Source: an uncultured delta proteobacterium
Lineage (GTDB): Bacteria; Desulfobacterota; Binatia; UBA9968
Assembly (NCBI GenBank): GCA_963745035.1
Contig: CAVUVW010000016.1
Span: 86,866 to 110,865, forward strand
Direction: 5' to 3'
Length of the DNA: 24,000 bases
The notes beneath the pieces are model-generated. The model was not told the origin of the DNA. It saw only the letters and a list, made by a program, of their open reading frames with translations, and did no database searches. Positions 15,665 to 23,634 of the stretch are shown in pieces (the stretch's first letter is position 1; each line of letters opens with the position of its first letter). Position numbers and translations under genes: made by a program.

Positions 15665-16207
15665 CTAAGCCAATGGTTCTTTGTCGCTAGGCACCGCTAC
15701 GGCGAATGCGTTGAGTGTCATCGCGACCATGGCGTAGAAGCCGATGGCGCTGACGAGCTCGACCATCACCTGTTCGCCGAACATCGCCATGCCGCGCTGC
15801 GTAACTCGCCTCGGACAACTGCGCGTGGTATTCAGCTCCATCGTGAGATCGTAAACCAGGCGTTCGTCCTCGTGCGTGAACTGCGGCGTGCGCCGCTCGC
15901 GGATCGCCTGAACGATTTCGGGCGAGATACCGAACTTAAGCGCATAGGGCTCATGGATGAACCAGGCGTATTGCGCGGTGGCCAGGCGCGCGGCCACGAG
16001 AATCATCAGCTCAAGCAAGCGGCGTTCGAGTTTTACCCGTGAGGCAAACATCTCCTGCAGCTTGAGCGTGCTGTCGCACAGCTCGGCATTGCGCAGCCAG
16101 ACGGCGAACGGCCCGCGCATGTGGCCTCGCTCGCGGATCAGCCTGTCGTAGATGGCGCGCTGCTCCGGGGAGAGTTTGTCCGGATCGATCTCAGGTAAAC
16201 GTGGCAT
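15665..16207 (-). CDS. Carboxymuconolactone decarboxylase (AhpD-like) family protein
   Basis: MPRLPEIDPDKLSPEQRAIYDRLI...GPFAVWLRNAEL...ILVAARLATAQYAWFIHEPYA is the CMD-family pattern. GAGGAAG is placed for the second ATG of ATGATG (16207); ATG 16210 and 16225 are alternatives. Confidence 0.75.
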   Translation of the reverse strand: MPRLPEIDPDKLSPEQRAIYDRLIRERGHMRGPFAVWLRNAELCDSTLKLQEMFASRVKLERRLLELMILVAARLATAQYAWFIHEPYALKFGISPEIVQAIRERRTPQFTHEDERLVYDLTMELNTTRSCPRRVTQRGMAMFGEQVMVELVSAIGFYAMVAMTLNAFAVAVPSDKEPLA

Positions 16208-16340
16208 CATCTTCCTCGAAGGCATTCAAATGTTCCAATCGTTCAACTTCGCGGAGTCTGCCCTCAGGTCCAAGGTGCAAGCCCTACTTGTGTTCCCTCC
16301 GTCACCGGAGAATCGCCCAAGTTCATATCGACATTCGGGC

Positions 16341-17351
16341 TCACTTGTAAAGCTTGTCGACGAACCCCGACTTGCCGATCTCGCTGAGGATGGAATTGTC
16401 GATGAAAGTTTCCGGCTTCGCCGCTTTGGCGCCGGGGTGGGTGGCGAAGTTAAGCATCGTTTGAACGGCGGCGGCCGGTACCAGCGGCAATCTTTCCCAC
16501 GCCGGCAGGAATGTTTGATAGGAATTCTCCAAGTCGTTCACATCGGTCGTCTTCGTGTACTTGCCGATTACCTGCTTGGCGTACTCCGCATCGGTACGGG
16601 CAACTTTGATGCCTTCGAGATAGGCTTGCAGAAACCGCCGCACGTTGTCGGGATTGGCTTTCATATAATCTTTCGTGCTGGCGAGGGCGGCGTGAATCAT
16701 CGGGATATTTTGTTCCGTCACATTCACCAGTTCCTTTAAACCGGCATGCTGCGCTTTGAGCGTAGTCGGCGAAGTGAAGATGCCGGCGTCCGCATTCCCC
16801 TGGTTGATGCCGGCGAGGATCTCCACCATGCCTTTGAGGTAGAGGAGTTTGACGTCCTTGCCCGGGATCAAGCGGGCTTGTTGCAGCAACAGCCGCGCGG
16901 CGAAATCCGTGGTGGCGCCCGGCACCGTGACTGCCAGGACCTTTCCCTTCAAATCCGCGAGGGACTTGATTTCCGGCTTGGCATAGATCGACATCACCGC
17001 GCGATTCAGGATGCCCGCAATGTACACGACCGGCTCGCCAGTCAACCCGGCTTCGACGATCTCGCCGCCCGGATTGATGACCTCGAGATTCTTGCCGATC
17101 AGCGCCTGGGTAGCGGTAGCAGGCGCGATATATCTCAGATCGACGTTCAAGCCATATTTGCTGAAGAGATTTCTGTCCGCCGCGATCCACAACGGCGCAA
17201 AGGCGCCACTGAACGCCGCGTAATTTGCCCGCAGCACGGGCGTTTCGCCGGCTGTCGACTGCGATGCGCCGCCGAAAACAGCGCACGTGACGGCGAGAAC
17301 CAACCATGATGCGGCGGTGGGAAGTCGGAACCAGTTTATCGTAACTTTCAT
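16341..17351 (-). CDS. NMT1/THI5-like (SsuA/TauA-type) periplasmic binding protein
   Basis: GGAGG lies 5 nt upstream of the ATG. N-terminal signal/TM segment. LRANYAAFSGAFAPLWIAADRNLFSKYGLNVDL...LKGKVLAVTVPGATTDF is typical of the NMT1 SBP fold. Confidence 0.8.
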   Translation of the reverse strand: MKVTINWFRLPTAASWLVLAVTCAVFGGASQSTAGETPVLRANYAAFSGAFAPLWIAADRNLFSKYGLNVDLRYIAPATATQALIGKNLEVINPGGEIVEAGLTGEPVVYIAGILNRAVMSIYAKPEIKSLADLKGKVLAVTVPGATTDFAARLLLQQARLIPGKDVKLLYLKGMVEILAGINQGNADAGIFTSPTTLKAQHAGLKELVNVTEQNIPMIHAALASTKDYMKANPDNVRRFLQAYLEGIKVARTDAEYAKQVIGKYTKTTDVNDLENSYQTFLPAWERLPLVPAAAVQTMLNFATHPGAKAAKPETFIDNSILSEIGKSGFVDKLYK

Positions 17352-17384
17352 CTAGCCTCCGAGGTGAAAATGTGAGCGCTTAAT

Positions 17385-17400
17385 GCAGCGGCGTCGCTGC
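17385..17400 (-). other. Short intercistronic stem-loop (6-bp stem, 4-nt loop) immediately after the amidohydrolase stop
   Basis: gcagcg-gcgt-cgctgc is a perfect inverted repeat. No U-run follows on the minus strand, so it is not a canonical terminator. Confidence 0.3.
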
Positions 17401-18204
17401 TTACCGCTCATGCTTCAAAATAGAAAGAAAATTATCGGCAAAAACCTTCTTTAAGTCGTCTTCTTTGAGCTTCGCTGCTTTGGTCACGTGCTTGGAAATC
17501 TTTTCCACTTCCATGGGGAGAGGATTGTAAGGGTGATCGGAGCCAAAGAGGATCTTGCTCGTGCCGACGCCACGGAAAGCTTCGAGCAATAGCGGCATCC
17601 AGCCGACCACAGAGGTTTCGAGGAATATGTTCTCGTTCTGCCGCGCCACCGCTACCGCAAGTTTCACGTACTCCGACACGCCCATGTGCCCCAAAATAAC
17701 CGGCACGTCTTTGTAGCGCGCCGCGAGCTCCGCGATCACGCCGGGGGACGCTTTGCTCGACATACCGGTGTGGAAAATAATCGGCACGCGGTAGCGCCGC
17801 GCTGCGTTGTAAATTGGCTCCATGAGCTCCGCTTCGTTGGGATCGAAGAACTCGATTTCCGGATGAAGCTTGATGCCTTTAAGTTTCAAAGTGCCGAGAC
17901 AATGATCGAGAGCTTTCGCCGAAGCTTCCGGCCCGAAGTTGGGATTGATGCGGCAGAAACTGATAATCCGCTTTGGATACTTGGCCATTTCCTCGGCCAT
18001 GATCTGATTCGCTTCGGAATAGTCGGTGTACGAGGCGCCCAAAGGAAACGCCACGGCGCAGTCGAGGCCCGCTTCGTCCAGATTGCGTACCAGATCGTCG
18101 CCGAGAAAACTGGCAACGCCATGCCCCAACGGCGTCTTGCGGCGACCGAGATGGGAGTGCGCGTCTATGGCGTAAAACTCCGAATCATCTATGCGTAGTG
18201 TCAT
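17401..18204 (-). CDS. Amidohydrolase_2 (COG2159, ACMSD/LigI-like metal-dependent hydrolase or decarboxylase)
   Basis: AAGGAG lies 7 nt upstream. HxH motif AIDAHSHLG; later IKLHPE, IIFHTG, ILGHMG and FGSDHPY metal/acid ligand contexts. 267 aa. Confidence 0.85.
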   Translation of the reverse strand: MTLRIDDSEFYAIDAHSHLGRRKTPLGHGVASFLGDDLVRNLDEAGLDCAVAFPLGASYTDYSEANQIMAEEMAKYPKRIISFCRINPNFGPEASAKALDHCLGTLKLKGIKLHPEIEFFDPNEAELMEPIYNAARRYRVPIIFHTGMSSKASPGVIAELAARYKDVPVILGHMGVSEYVKLAVAVARQNENIFLETSVVGWMPLLLEAFRGVGTSKILFGSDHPYNPLPMEVEKISKHVTKAAKLKEDDLKKVFADNFLSILKHER

Positions 18205-18217
18205 GGGGTTTCTCCTT

Positions 18218-18664
18218 TCAAACTCTCCAGGAGCGGCGCCTCGGGAGAATCAAAGTGCAGCGTCCGGTGAGGATTTGCCGGTTCTGCTGGTTGGTGCCTT
18301 CAAGGTCGCAGATCACGAAGCTGTCCGATCCGTCGGATGACTTTTCTGCGATCTTCGCGCTAAAGCGCATCATATCTCCCTCGAAGGTCGAGTAAGTGTG
18401 GCGGACGCTGATCTTCTGAAGCCAACCGCGCGGGCCGATCCAGTCGGTAAGCATGCGCATGAGTAAAGCCTGCCGGTACGCGCCGCTGGCGATGAACGTC
18501 TTGAGTCCGTTGTGCTCGCGGACATGATCGCGATCGAAATGCAGATGCTGCCAATTCTCCTGCAAGCCGGCCCAGCGCACTGTGTCGACGATGGTGAGCG
18601 GCCCGTATTCGCGGGCGGTAATCTCGGCTCCGACGGCGACGTCTTCGAAGTGCACTTGGTCCAT
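18218..18664 (-). CDS. MaoC-like hot-dog fold protein (acyl dehydratase/enoyl-CoA hydratase-type) with a non-canonical hydratase motif
   Basis: MDQVHFEDVAVGAEI...GPLTIVDTVRWAGLQENWQHLHFDRDHVREHNGLKTFIASG. Start ATG 18664 lies 6 nt after AGGA; ATG 18670 is the alternative. Confidence 0.7.
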   Translation of the reverse strand: MDQVHFEDVAVGAEITAREYGPLTIVDTVRWAGLQENWQHLHFDRDHVREHNGLKTFIASGAYRQALLMRMLTDWIGPRGWLQKISVRHTYSTFEGDMMRFSAKIAEKSSDGSDSFVICDLEGTNQQNRQILTGRCTLILPRRRSWRV

Positions 18665-18683
18665 AACCATTCCTAACCCATCA

Positions 18684-19796
18684 TCAGCCGCGGACGGCGT
18701 TACGCGCCCTGTCCGAACCTCGGTGCAAACCGCCAAGTATCTCTTCGTTGTGTTCTCCGAGCTTCGGCGCCGGGTTCATTCGATTTTCCAAAACGCTCGC
18801 GATAGCGCCGTGTGGAAAATTGATTTTGCCGAATTCTGGATGGTCCATCTCGCTCAAGAAACCGCGCTCGAGCAATTGCGGATCGCCGACTAGATCGAGT
18901 GGTGTCGACACCGGCGAAGCAGGAAAGTGCAGGCGCTGCGCCTGCTCGACCAATTCGTTCTTGGTAAAGCGCTTGGCCCAGTCGTCCAGGCGCTGCATGA
19001 TGAAATCCCGGTGCTTATGCTGGTTCTCTTCCTCCGCCAAGGACGGATCGGCGCTAAGCTCGGGATCTCCCACCCACTCGACGAACTTCGACCAGCGGCC
19101 CGGCCGGTGGATTTGGCTGATCACCCAGTGGCCGTCCTTGCATGGCATGGCGCCGGATACGGCGGTGATCGCGCCGCGACTGCCGCGGCGCTTCGTGATC
19201 GTGCCGGAAAACCGGTACTCGACCATCGCCTGTTCGACGAAGGATGCGAGCGAATCGCGGACGGAGACGGTCGCAAGCAAACCACGCCCGGCAGTGTTCC
19301 GCACGAGCAGCGCCGCAGCCGTGGCAACGGCCGCGTAGATACCGACGGCGAGATAGGGAACATGACCGCCCAAGGTGACCGGAGCGCGGTCGGGATGACC
19401 GGTCAAAGACATGAGGCCGGAGCGCGCCACTGCGCAAAGCTCCGGCGCATCGTCGACGATCTTGGTCAGCACAAGTTTCGGATTGGCCTTTAAGCAGGTT
19501 TCTTCGTCGAAGGGCAGCGAATCGTTGCCTATGAAAACGTCGGCTTGAGCGAGCAAATCGAGGAAACGTGTACGATCATCCGCCTCATCGAGATCCAACG
19601 TGACACTCTTTTTGCCGGCATTGAGAAACTGGTGATAGGCGCCATGCTCAAGATCCTGCTTACCCCGTAAAAACGGCGGCAGCCGTCTCACCTCATCGCC
19701 TTCGGGCAGCTCGACGCGGACAACCTCATGGCCCGCTTCGGCGAAAAGCCGTGCGGCGTACGCCCCGGAAAGCGAGGTCAGGTCGATCACCCGCAT
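18684..19796 (-). CDS. Family III CoA-transferase (CaiB/BaiF family) paralogue 2, apparently lacking the catalytic Asp
   Basis: 370 aa: MRVIDLTSLSGAYAARLFAEAGHEVVRVE...KKSVTLDL...ADVFIGN... is the CaiB/BaiF fold pattern. HPDRAPVTLGGHVPYLAVGIYAAVATAAAL aligns by eye to Frc [30 protein letters not shown]. Confidence 0.85.
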   Translation of the reverse strand: MRVIDLTSLSGAYAARLFAEAGHEVVRVELPEGDEVRRLPPFLRGKQDLEHGAYHQFLNAGKKSVTLDLDEADDRTRFLDLLAQADVFIGNDSLPFDEETCLKANPKLVLTKIVDDAPELCAVARSGLMSLTGHPDRAPVTLGGHVPYLAVGIYAAVATAAALLVRNTAGRGLLATVSVRDSLASFVEQAMVEYRFSGTITKRRGSRGAITAVSGAMPCKDGHWVISQIHRPGRWSKFVEWVGDPELSADPSLAEEENQHKHRDFIMQRLDDWAKRFTKNELVEQAQRLHFPASPVSTPLDLVGDPQLLERGFLSEMDHPEFGKINFPHGAIASVLENRMNPAPKLGEHNEEILGGLHRGSDRARNAVRG

Positions 19797-19799
19797 GAT

Positions 19800-20345
19800 C
19801 TAACTCGCATCCTTTTTCTCAGCCGCGAACTTCTTGTCGGGAAACACAGCCAATGTGTGGCGCCGGCGCAAAACGATCTCTTGCTTGAAGTTGAGCACGT
19901 GTTCTTCCTGGCTGATGTAAATGCCCAGCCCTGCTTTCCCTTGCCGCGCAACGATATCGACGATGGTACTTTGGGTAGAAAGCTGCTCGCCGAGATACGC
20001 GGGCTGCACCCATTCGGTTTCAGAACCGGCGTTGCGCACGTTGGTGTATTCACTCGGCAGCGGCAGTTGCCGGCGCAGATCGGTCGGATCGGTATTCGCT
20101 CTTTCCGTCCCTTCCTTGAAGCTGAACGGCACCCAACCGACCAGTGTCGGCGGCAGAATGCGGCCGCGATAACCTGCATTGCGCGCATAATCGTCGTCGA
20201 GCCACAACGGATTACTATCGCCGGTGGCGTCGACGTAGCGGCGCACGTCGGCGGCGCTGATCACTTCCAAATGGCCGCAGCGGTGTTTTTCGGCCGATCC
20301 AGCGCGCAACTCCGGTGTGATGATCGTTTCTATGGAATCTGTCAT
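19800..20345 (-). CDS. Hot-dog fold protein, MaoC_dehydrat_N / FAS1-like dehydratase N-half type
   Basis: ATG 20345 overlaps the upstream stop (ATGA). MTDSIETIITPELRAG...ISAADVRRYVDATGDSNPLWLDDDYARNAGY..ILPPTLV. Confidence 0.7.
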   Translation of the reverse strand: MTDSIETIITPELRAGSAEKHRCGHLEVISAADVRRYVDATGDSNPLWLDDDYARNAGYRGRILPPTLVGWVPFSFKEGTERANTDPTDLRRQLPLPSEYTNVRNAGSETEWVQPAYLGEQLSTQSTIVDIVARQGKAGLGIYISQEEHVLNFKQEIVLRRRHTLAVFPDKKFAAEKKDAS

Positions 20346-21553
20346 CTGAGAGCCTGATGTCGTTCGAGTTCTTCGATTTCTCCTGCGGAACAATCCAGCC
20401 ACTCGCGCAGAACTTCGCGGCTGTGCTCGCCCAGGCCGGGCGCGCTGCGCGGAGCGGGCAGATCGACGAAGGACAAAGTGAACGGCAGCCTGGTCGTCAA
20501 CATCGAGCCGACCCGAGGCTCGATCATATCTGCAAAGACCGCGGATGCGTCCGGCGAGTCGATGGCCTCGTCGATCCGGCGTACCCGCTCAGCCTGGATA
20601 CCTGCCTCGCGCACGCGTTGTTCGACGTCTTCTTTTAGTAACTGCTTGGTCCAAGCTGAGATAGCTTCGTCGATCTCATCGTGGCGCTCCATGCGATCCG
20701 CGGCCGAAGCGAAGCGCGGATCGGCCGCCCAACTTGGCCGTCCGATGAGGCTAGCCAGTGCCTGCCATTGTCCGGCGTTCTCGACCGACAATGCGCACCA
20801 ATTGTCGGTCCCGGCGCAAGGATAGACACCTTGCGGTGCGTATTGCTCGGAGCGGTTTCCCAGCCGGCTTGGGGCTGTCCCGTCCACGGCGCTCTTCAAC
20901 AACAACGCGCCAATCATCGCCGCGCTGCATTCGAACTGGCTGAGATCGATCCGCGTTCCATGGCCTGTTTCGCGCCGCTCATCGACGGCTTGAACAATCG
21001 CGAAACACGCGTGCAGGCCGCCGATGTAGTCATTCCATGAATTGGAGATCGCCGTCGGCGGATCGCCTTCAGCGCCTGAGACCATCATCAGGCCGCTGTA
21101 GCCTTGGAGATTCATGTTCATGCTAGTCCAGTCGCGACGCGGGCCGTCATGGCCGTAGCCGGACATGCTGATATAGATGAGTTTGGGATGAGCCGCGCTC
21201 AATCGCTCGTAGCCGAGTCCGAGCCGGTCCATCACCCCGGCGCTGAAATTTTCGATGACGATATCCGCCGCCGCGGACAAGCGCGCCGCGATTCGTTGCC
21301 CGGCTTCGTTCTTCAAGTCGACCGCGACGGACCGTTTGCTGCGGTTGGTATTCAAGTACGAAGCATGGCGTTTATCCTCGCTGACAAAAGTCGAAGGCCA
21401 GGGATGATCCGGATGCTTGCTGCTTTCGATCCTTACGACGTCTGCGCCGAGATCGGCGAGCAGGCGCGTGCAAAAAGGACCGGCGAGCACGTGAGTGAAA
21501 TCCAGCACGCGAATACCGGCGAGCGGCGCAGGAATGTTTTCGTCACCGGACAT
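20342..21553 (-). CDS. Family III CoA-transferase (CaiB/BaiF family) paralogue 1
   Basis: 403 aa: LAGIRVLDFTHVLAGPFCTRLLADLGADVVRIE, NRSKRSVAVDLK, ADIVIENF. Catalytic-Asp context SNSWNDYIGGLHACFAIVQAV. Confidence 0.9.
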   Translation of the reverse strand: MSGDENIPAPLAGIRVLDFTHVLAGPFCTRLLADLGADVVRIESSKHPDHPWPSTFVSEDKRHASYLNTNRSKRSVAVDLKNEAGQRIAARLSAAADIVIENFSAGVMDRLGLGYERLSAAHPKLIYISMSGYGHDGPRRDWTSMNMNLQGYSGLMMVSGAEGDPPTAISNSWNDYIGGLHACFAIVQAVDERRETGHGTRIDLSQFECSAAMIGALLLKSAVDGTAPSRLGNRSEQYAPQGVYPCAGTDNWCALSVENAGQWQALASLIGRPSWAADPRFASAADRMERHDEIDEAISAWTKQLLKEDVEQRVREAGIQAERVRRIDEAIDSPDASAVFADMIEPRVGSMLTTRLPFTLSFVDLPAPRSAPGLGEHSREVLREWLDCSAGEIEELERHQALR

Positions 21554-21557
21554 GCTT

Positions 21558-22529
21558 TTACCGAAGGTTCAACTCTTTTTGTGCCTGCCCGAGCAGATCG
21601 CGGCTGGCCACTTGCGAAAGGGGAATTTCTTTTTTGACCGGGCCGCGATCGAGCTCGTATTGGATCAGGTCGCGCAAAGCCTGATCGCTCAAACTGCCGT
21701 CGGCGCTGTAGCACGGCAGATAGTTCTCGAAGGCCGCGCGCGTGGTGGCGGGATCCATGCGCAGCCACTTGGAAGCGATGGCGACGGATTCTTCCTGGTG
21801 CTCACGAATGAACTTGAGCGCTTCGATGCTGCCCTTGATCGTTCGCTTCACTTGATCGGGAGACTGCTTGAGCTTTCTGTCTGAGACAACGATTGCGTTT
21901 TGCGTCAGCGGCACATGGTCGCGGCTCCAGAGCAGAACTTTATAGCCCTTTTTGGCGCCGAAGATATCAAAGGGCGAAGAAAGAATGCTCGCTTCGATTT
22001 TTCCCGCGTCCATGGCCTGAAGTCGCGCCGCATTGTCGCCGGCTGGCAAGAGATTGACGTCTTTTCCCGGCTCCATGCCGGCGCGGCGAAACAACGTCAC
22101 TGTCGTCAAGTAGGCTTGGCTGCCGAAGGTGCTGATGCCGATGGTCTTGCCGCGCAGGTCGGTTAGTTTTTGGACGTTGGATTTGACGAGCAAAAGATAG
22201 CCGAGTTTGTCCTGTGTCGTCATGATCAGTTTGATCGGCAGTCCCTTGATCGCGCCCGATATACCCGGACCCGTGCAAACCGCGTAGTCGAGGTCCTCGG
22301 AAAGAAGCGCGTTGGTGGCGATCGCGCAGGCGATCTGCACATGCTCGGTTGCAAGGCCCTGTTTGGCGTAGAAGCCCTTCCTCTCAGCGACGACTGTGGG
22401 CAAAAAGCCCAGCGATGCCGTTGAAATACCGATGCGGACCCGCTCTTGCGCACGGACGTTCGAGGCGAGCGAAACCCAAGACAAAACTCCGCACGCGAAC
22501 AACAGCAAAAGAGCTTTTCGGAAGTTCAT
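21558..22529 (-). CDS. NMT1/THI5-like (SsuA/TauA-type) periplasmic binding protein
   Basis: Signal peptide MNFRKALLLLFACGVLSWVSLASNVRAQ. RIGISTASLGFLPTVVAERKGFYAKQGL...LRGKTIGISTFGSQAY. The stop lies 4 nt before the CoA-transferase start. Confidence 0.8.
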   Translation of the reverse strand: MNFRKALLLLFACGVLSWVSLASNVRAQERVRIGISTASLGFLPTVVAERKGFYAKQGLATEHVQIACAIATNALLSEDLDYAVCTGPGISGAIKGLPIKLIMTTQDKLGYLLLVKSNVQKLTDLRGKTIGISTFGSQAYLTTVTLFRRAGMEPGKDVNLLPAGDNAARLQAMDAGKIEASILSSPFDIFGAKKGYKVLLWSRDHVPLTQNAIVVSDRKLKQSPDQVKRTIKGSIEALKFIREHQEESVAIASKWLRMDPATTRAAFENYLPCYSADGSLSDQALRDLIQYELDRGPVKKEIPLSQVASRDLLGQAQKELNLR

Positions 22530-22550
22530 AATGGTTGTCTCTGCCGGAAT

Positions 22551-23634
22551 CTATTTCGCCACTTTTGCAAAGAAACCTTCGTTGTCGAGTTCTTTAATGA
22601 GAGAGGCGTCAAAGAAATCCGTGGCTTTCATGCCCTCCAGCTTGGGTGTCGTCTCGCGTAGGTCTTCGATGCTCGCCTGGATCGAATCCTCGCGCGGATA
22701 GGGTTTGGCGGGAATGGCTTCCATAAATTGCACCCGATAGGTGAAGTCCAACAGCTTCGGATTATCGACGCGCATGTACTTGCGGAAACACTTGATAGGC
22801 GAGCTCGCGGTTTCTCCTGCCGGCGGCAATCGCTTCGCCATATGCCATGAAAAACGCTTTGAGGCGCGGACGCAGCTCCTTCAAATTCTGTCGCGTGGTA
22901 TTAAGCTCACTGCCCGGGGCCGGCACACCGAAGTCCTTGGGCTCGCCCAAGACCGAGATCTTCTGGCCACCCAGTTCGGAGAACTGAAAAATCTTATCGG
23001 CCTCGCCGATGGTTGCGTCGATCTTTCCTTGAAACATCAGTTGTATGCGTTTGTCCGACTCGCTGACGCCGGTCGGTATCAGCGACACATCTTTGCCCAA
23101 CGTCAATCCGAGTTTCGCGAGAATCCGGCGCAGCAGAAAATCGGTGCCGGCGCCGATCCGGCTGCTGCCGACGGTTTTTCCTCTGAGCTCCGCCGGCGTT
23201 TTTATCGACGGCACCGCAATCAGTTGATAGGGGAGAATGCCGTTGGTGGAAACAGTGACTACCGGAGCCCCGCGCGCGCCTGCGCCGACCACGCCCGAGC
23301 TCGAATCGGTGGTGAGATGCACGTTGCCGGCAAGCAGTGCCGTGAGTGAAACGCTGCCTGCGGCGATACTGACGAGCTTCACGTCCAGGCCATATTTTTC
23401 GTAGAGCCCGGTTTCCTTGGCTATCCAAAGCGGCGCCCGATTGCCGGTGGTCGAGCTGTACGAAACGATCAGCGGCTCGAGTTTCTTTTCTTGGGCGATG
23501 CTTAGACCGCCGCTTGGAGCCAGAGTGGCCCAAAAGACGAGCACGAGGGCAAATGCTATCACAGCCAATCTCCCCGATGAGCGCGAGATCCGAACCTTTG
23601 CCATAAATAGGCTATTTGGTTTGCGCAGTCCCAT
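22551..23634 (-). CDS. NMT1/THI5-like periplasmic binding protein, interrupted by a 1-nt frameshift
   Basis: ORF 22762..23703 gives ...LIVSYSSTTGNRAPLWIAKETGLYEKYGLDVKL...LRGKTVGSSRIGAGTDF...LKAFFMAYGEAIAAGRRNRELAYQVF. ORF 22551..22841 gives ...RKYMRVDNPKLLDFTYRVQF...FFDASLIKELDNEGFFAKVAK. Together they are colinear with the paralogue at 16341..17351 (..YAKQVIGKYTKTTDVNDLENSYQTF..). The frames join if one G of GG 22784-22785 is removed. Start is ATG 23634 or 23604; neither has a clear SD. Confidence 0.75.

Noticed and set aside
16450-17307. 285-aa minus-strand ORF in an alternative frame of the NMT1-type SBP gene
   Set aside because: Arg-rich nonsense translation. The overlapping frame has a signal peptide and SBP motifs.
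20591-20617. agcctggatacctgcctcgcgcacgc inside CoA-transferase 1, resembling the REP core (agcctggatacccgcc...)
   Set aside because: It lies in a well-conserved reading frame (…REAGIQAERVRR…) with no flanking repeat homology. Treated as chance similarity.
2222-22785. Programmed ribosomal frameshifting as an explanation for the four +1-type interruptions
   Set aside because: The contexts differ (T6, GGG, AAAGG, GG). No in-frame stop or rare codon sits at the shift site, and no stimulatory SD or structure is evident. The affected families are not known to be recoded. Indel error or pseudogenisation is the simpler explanation.
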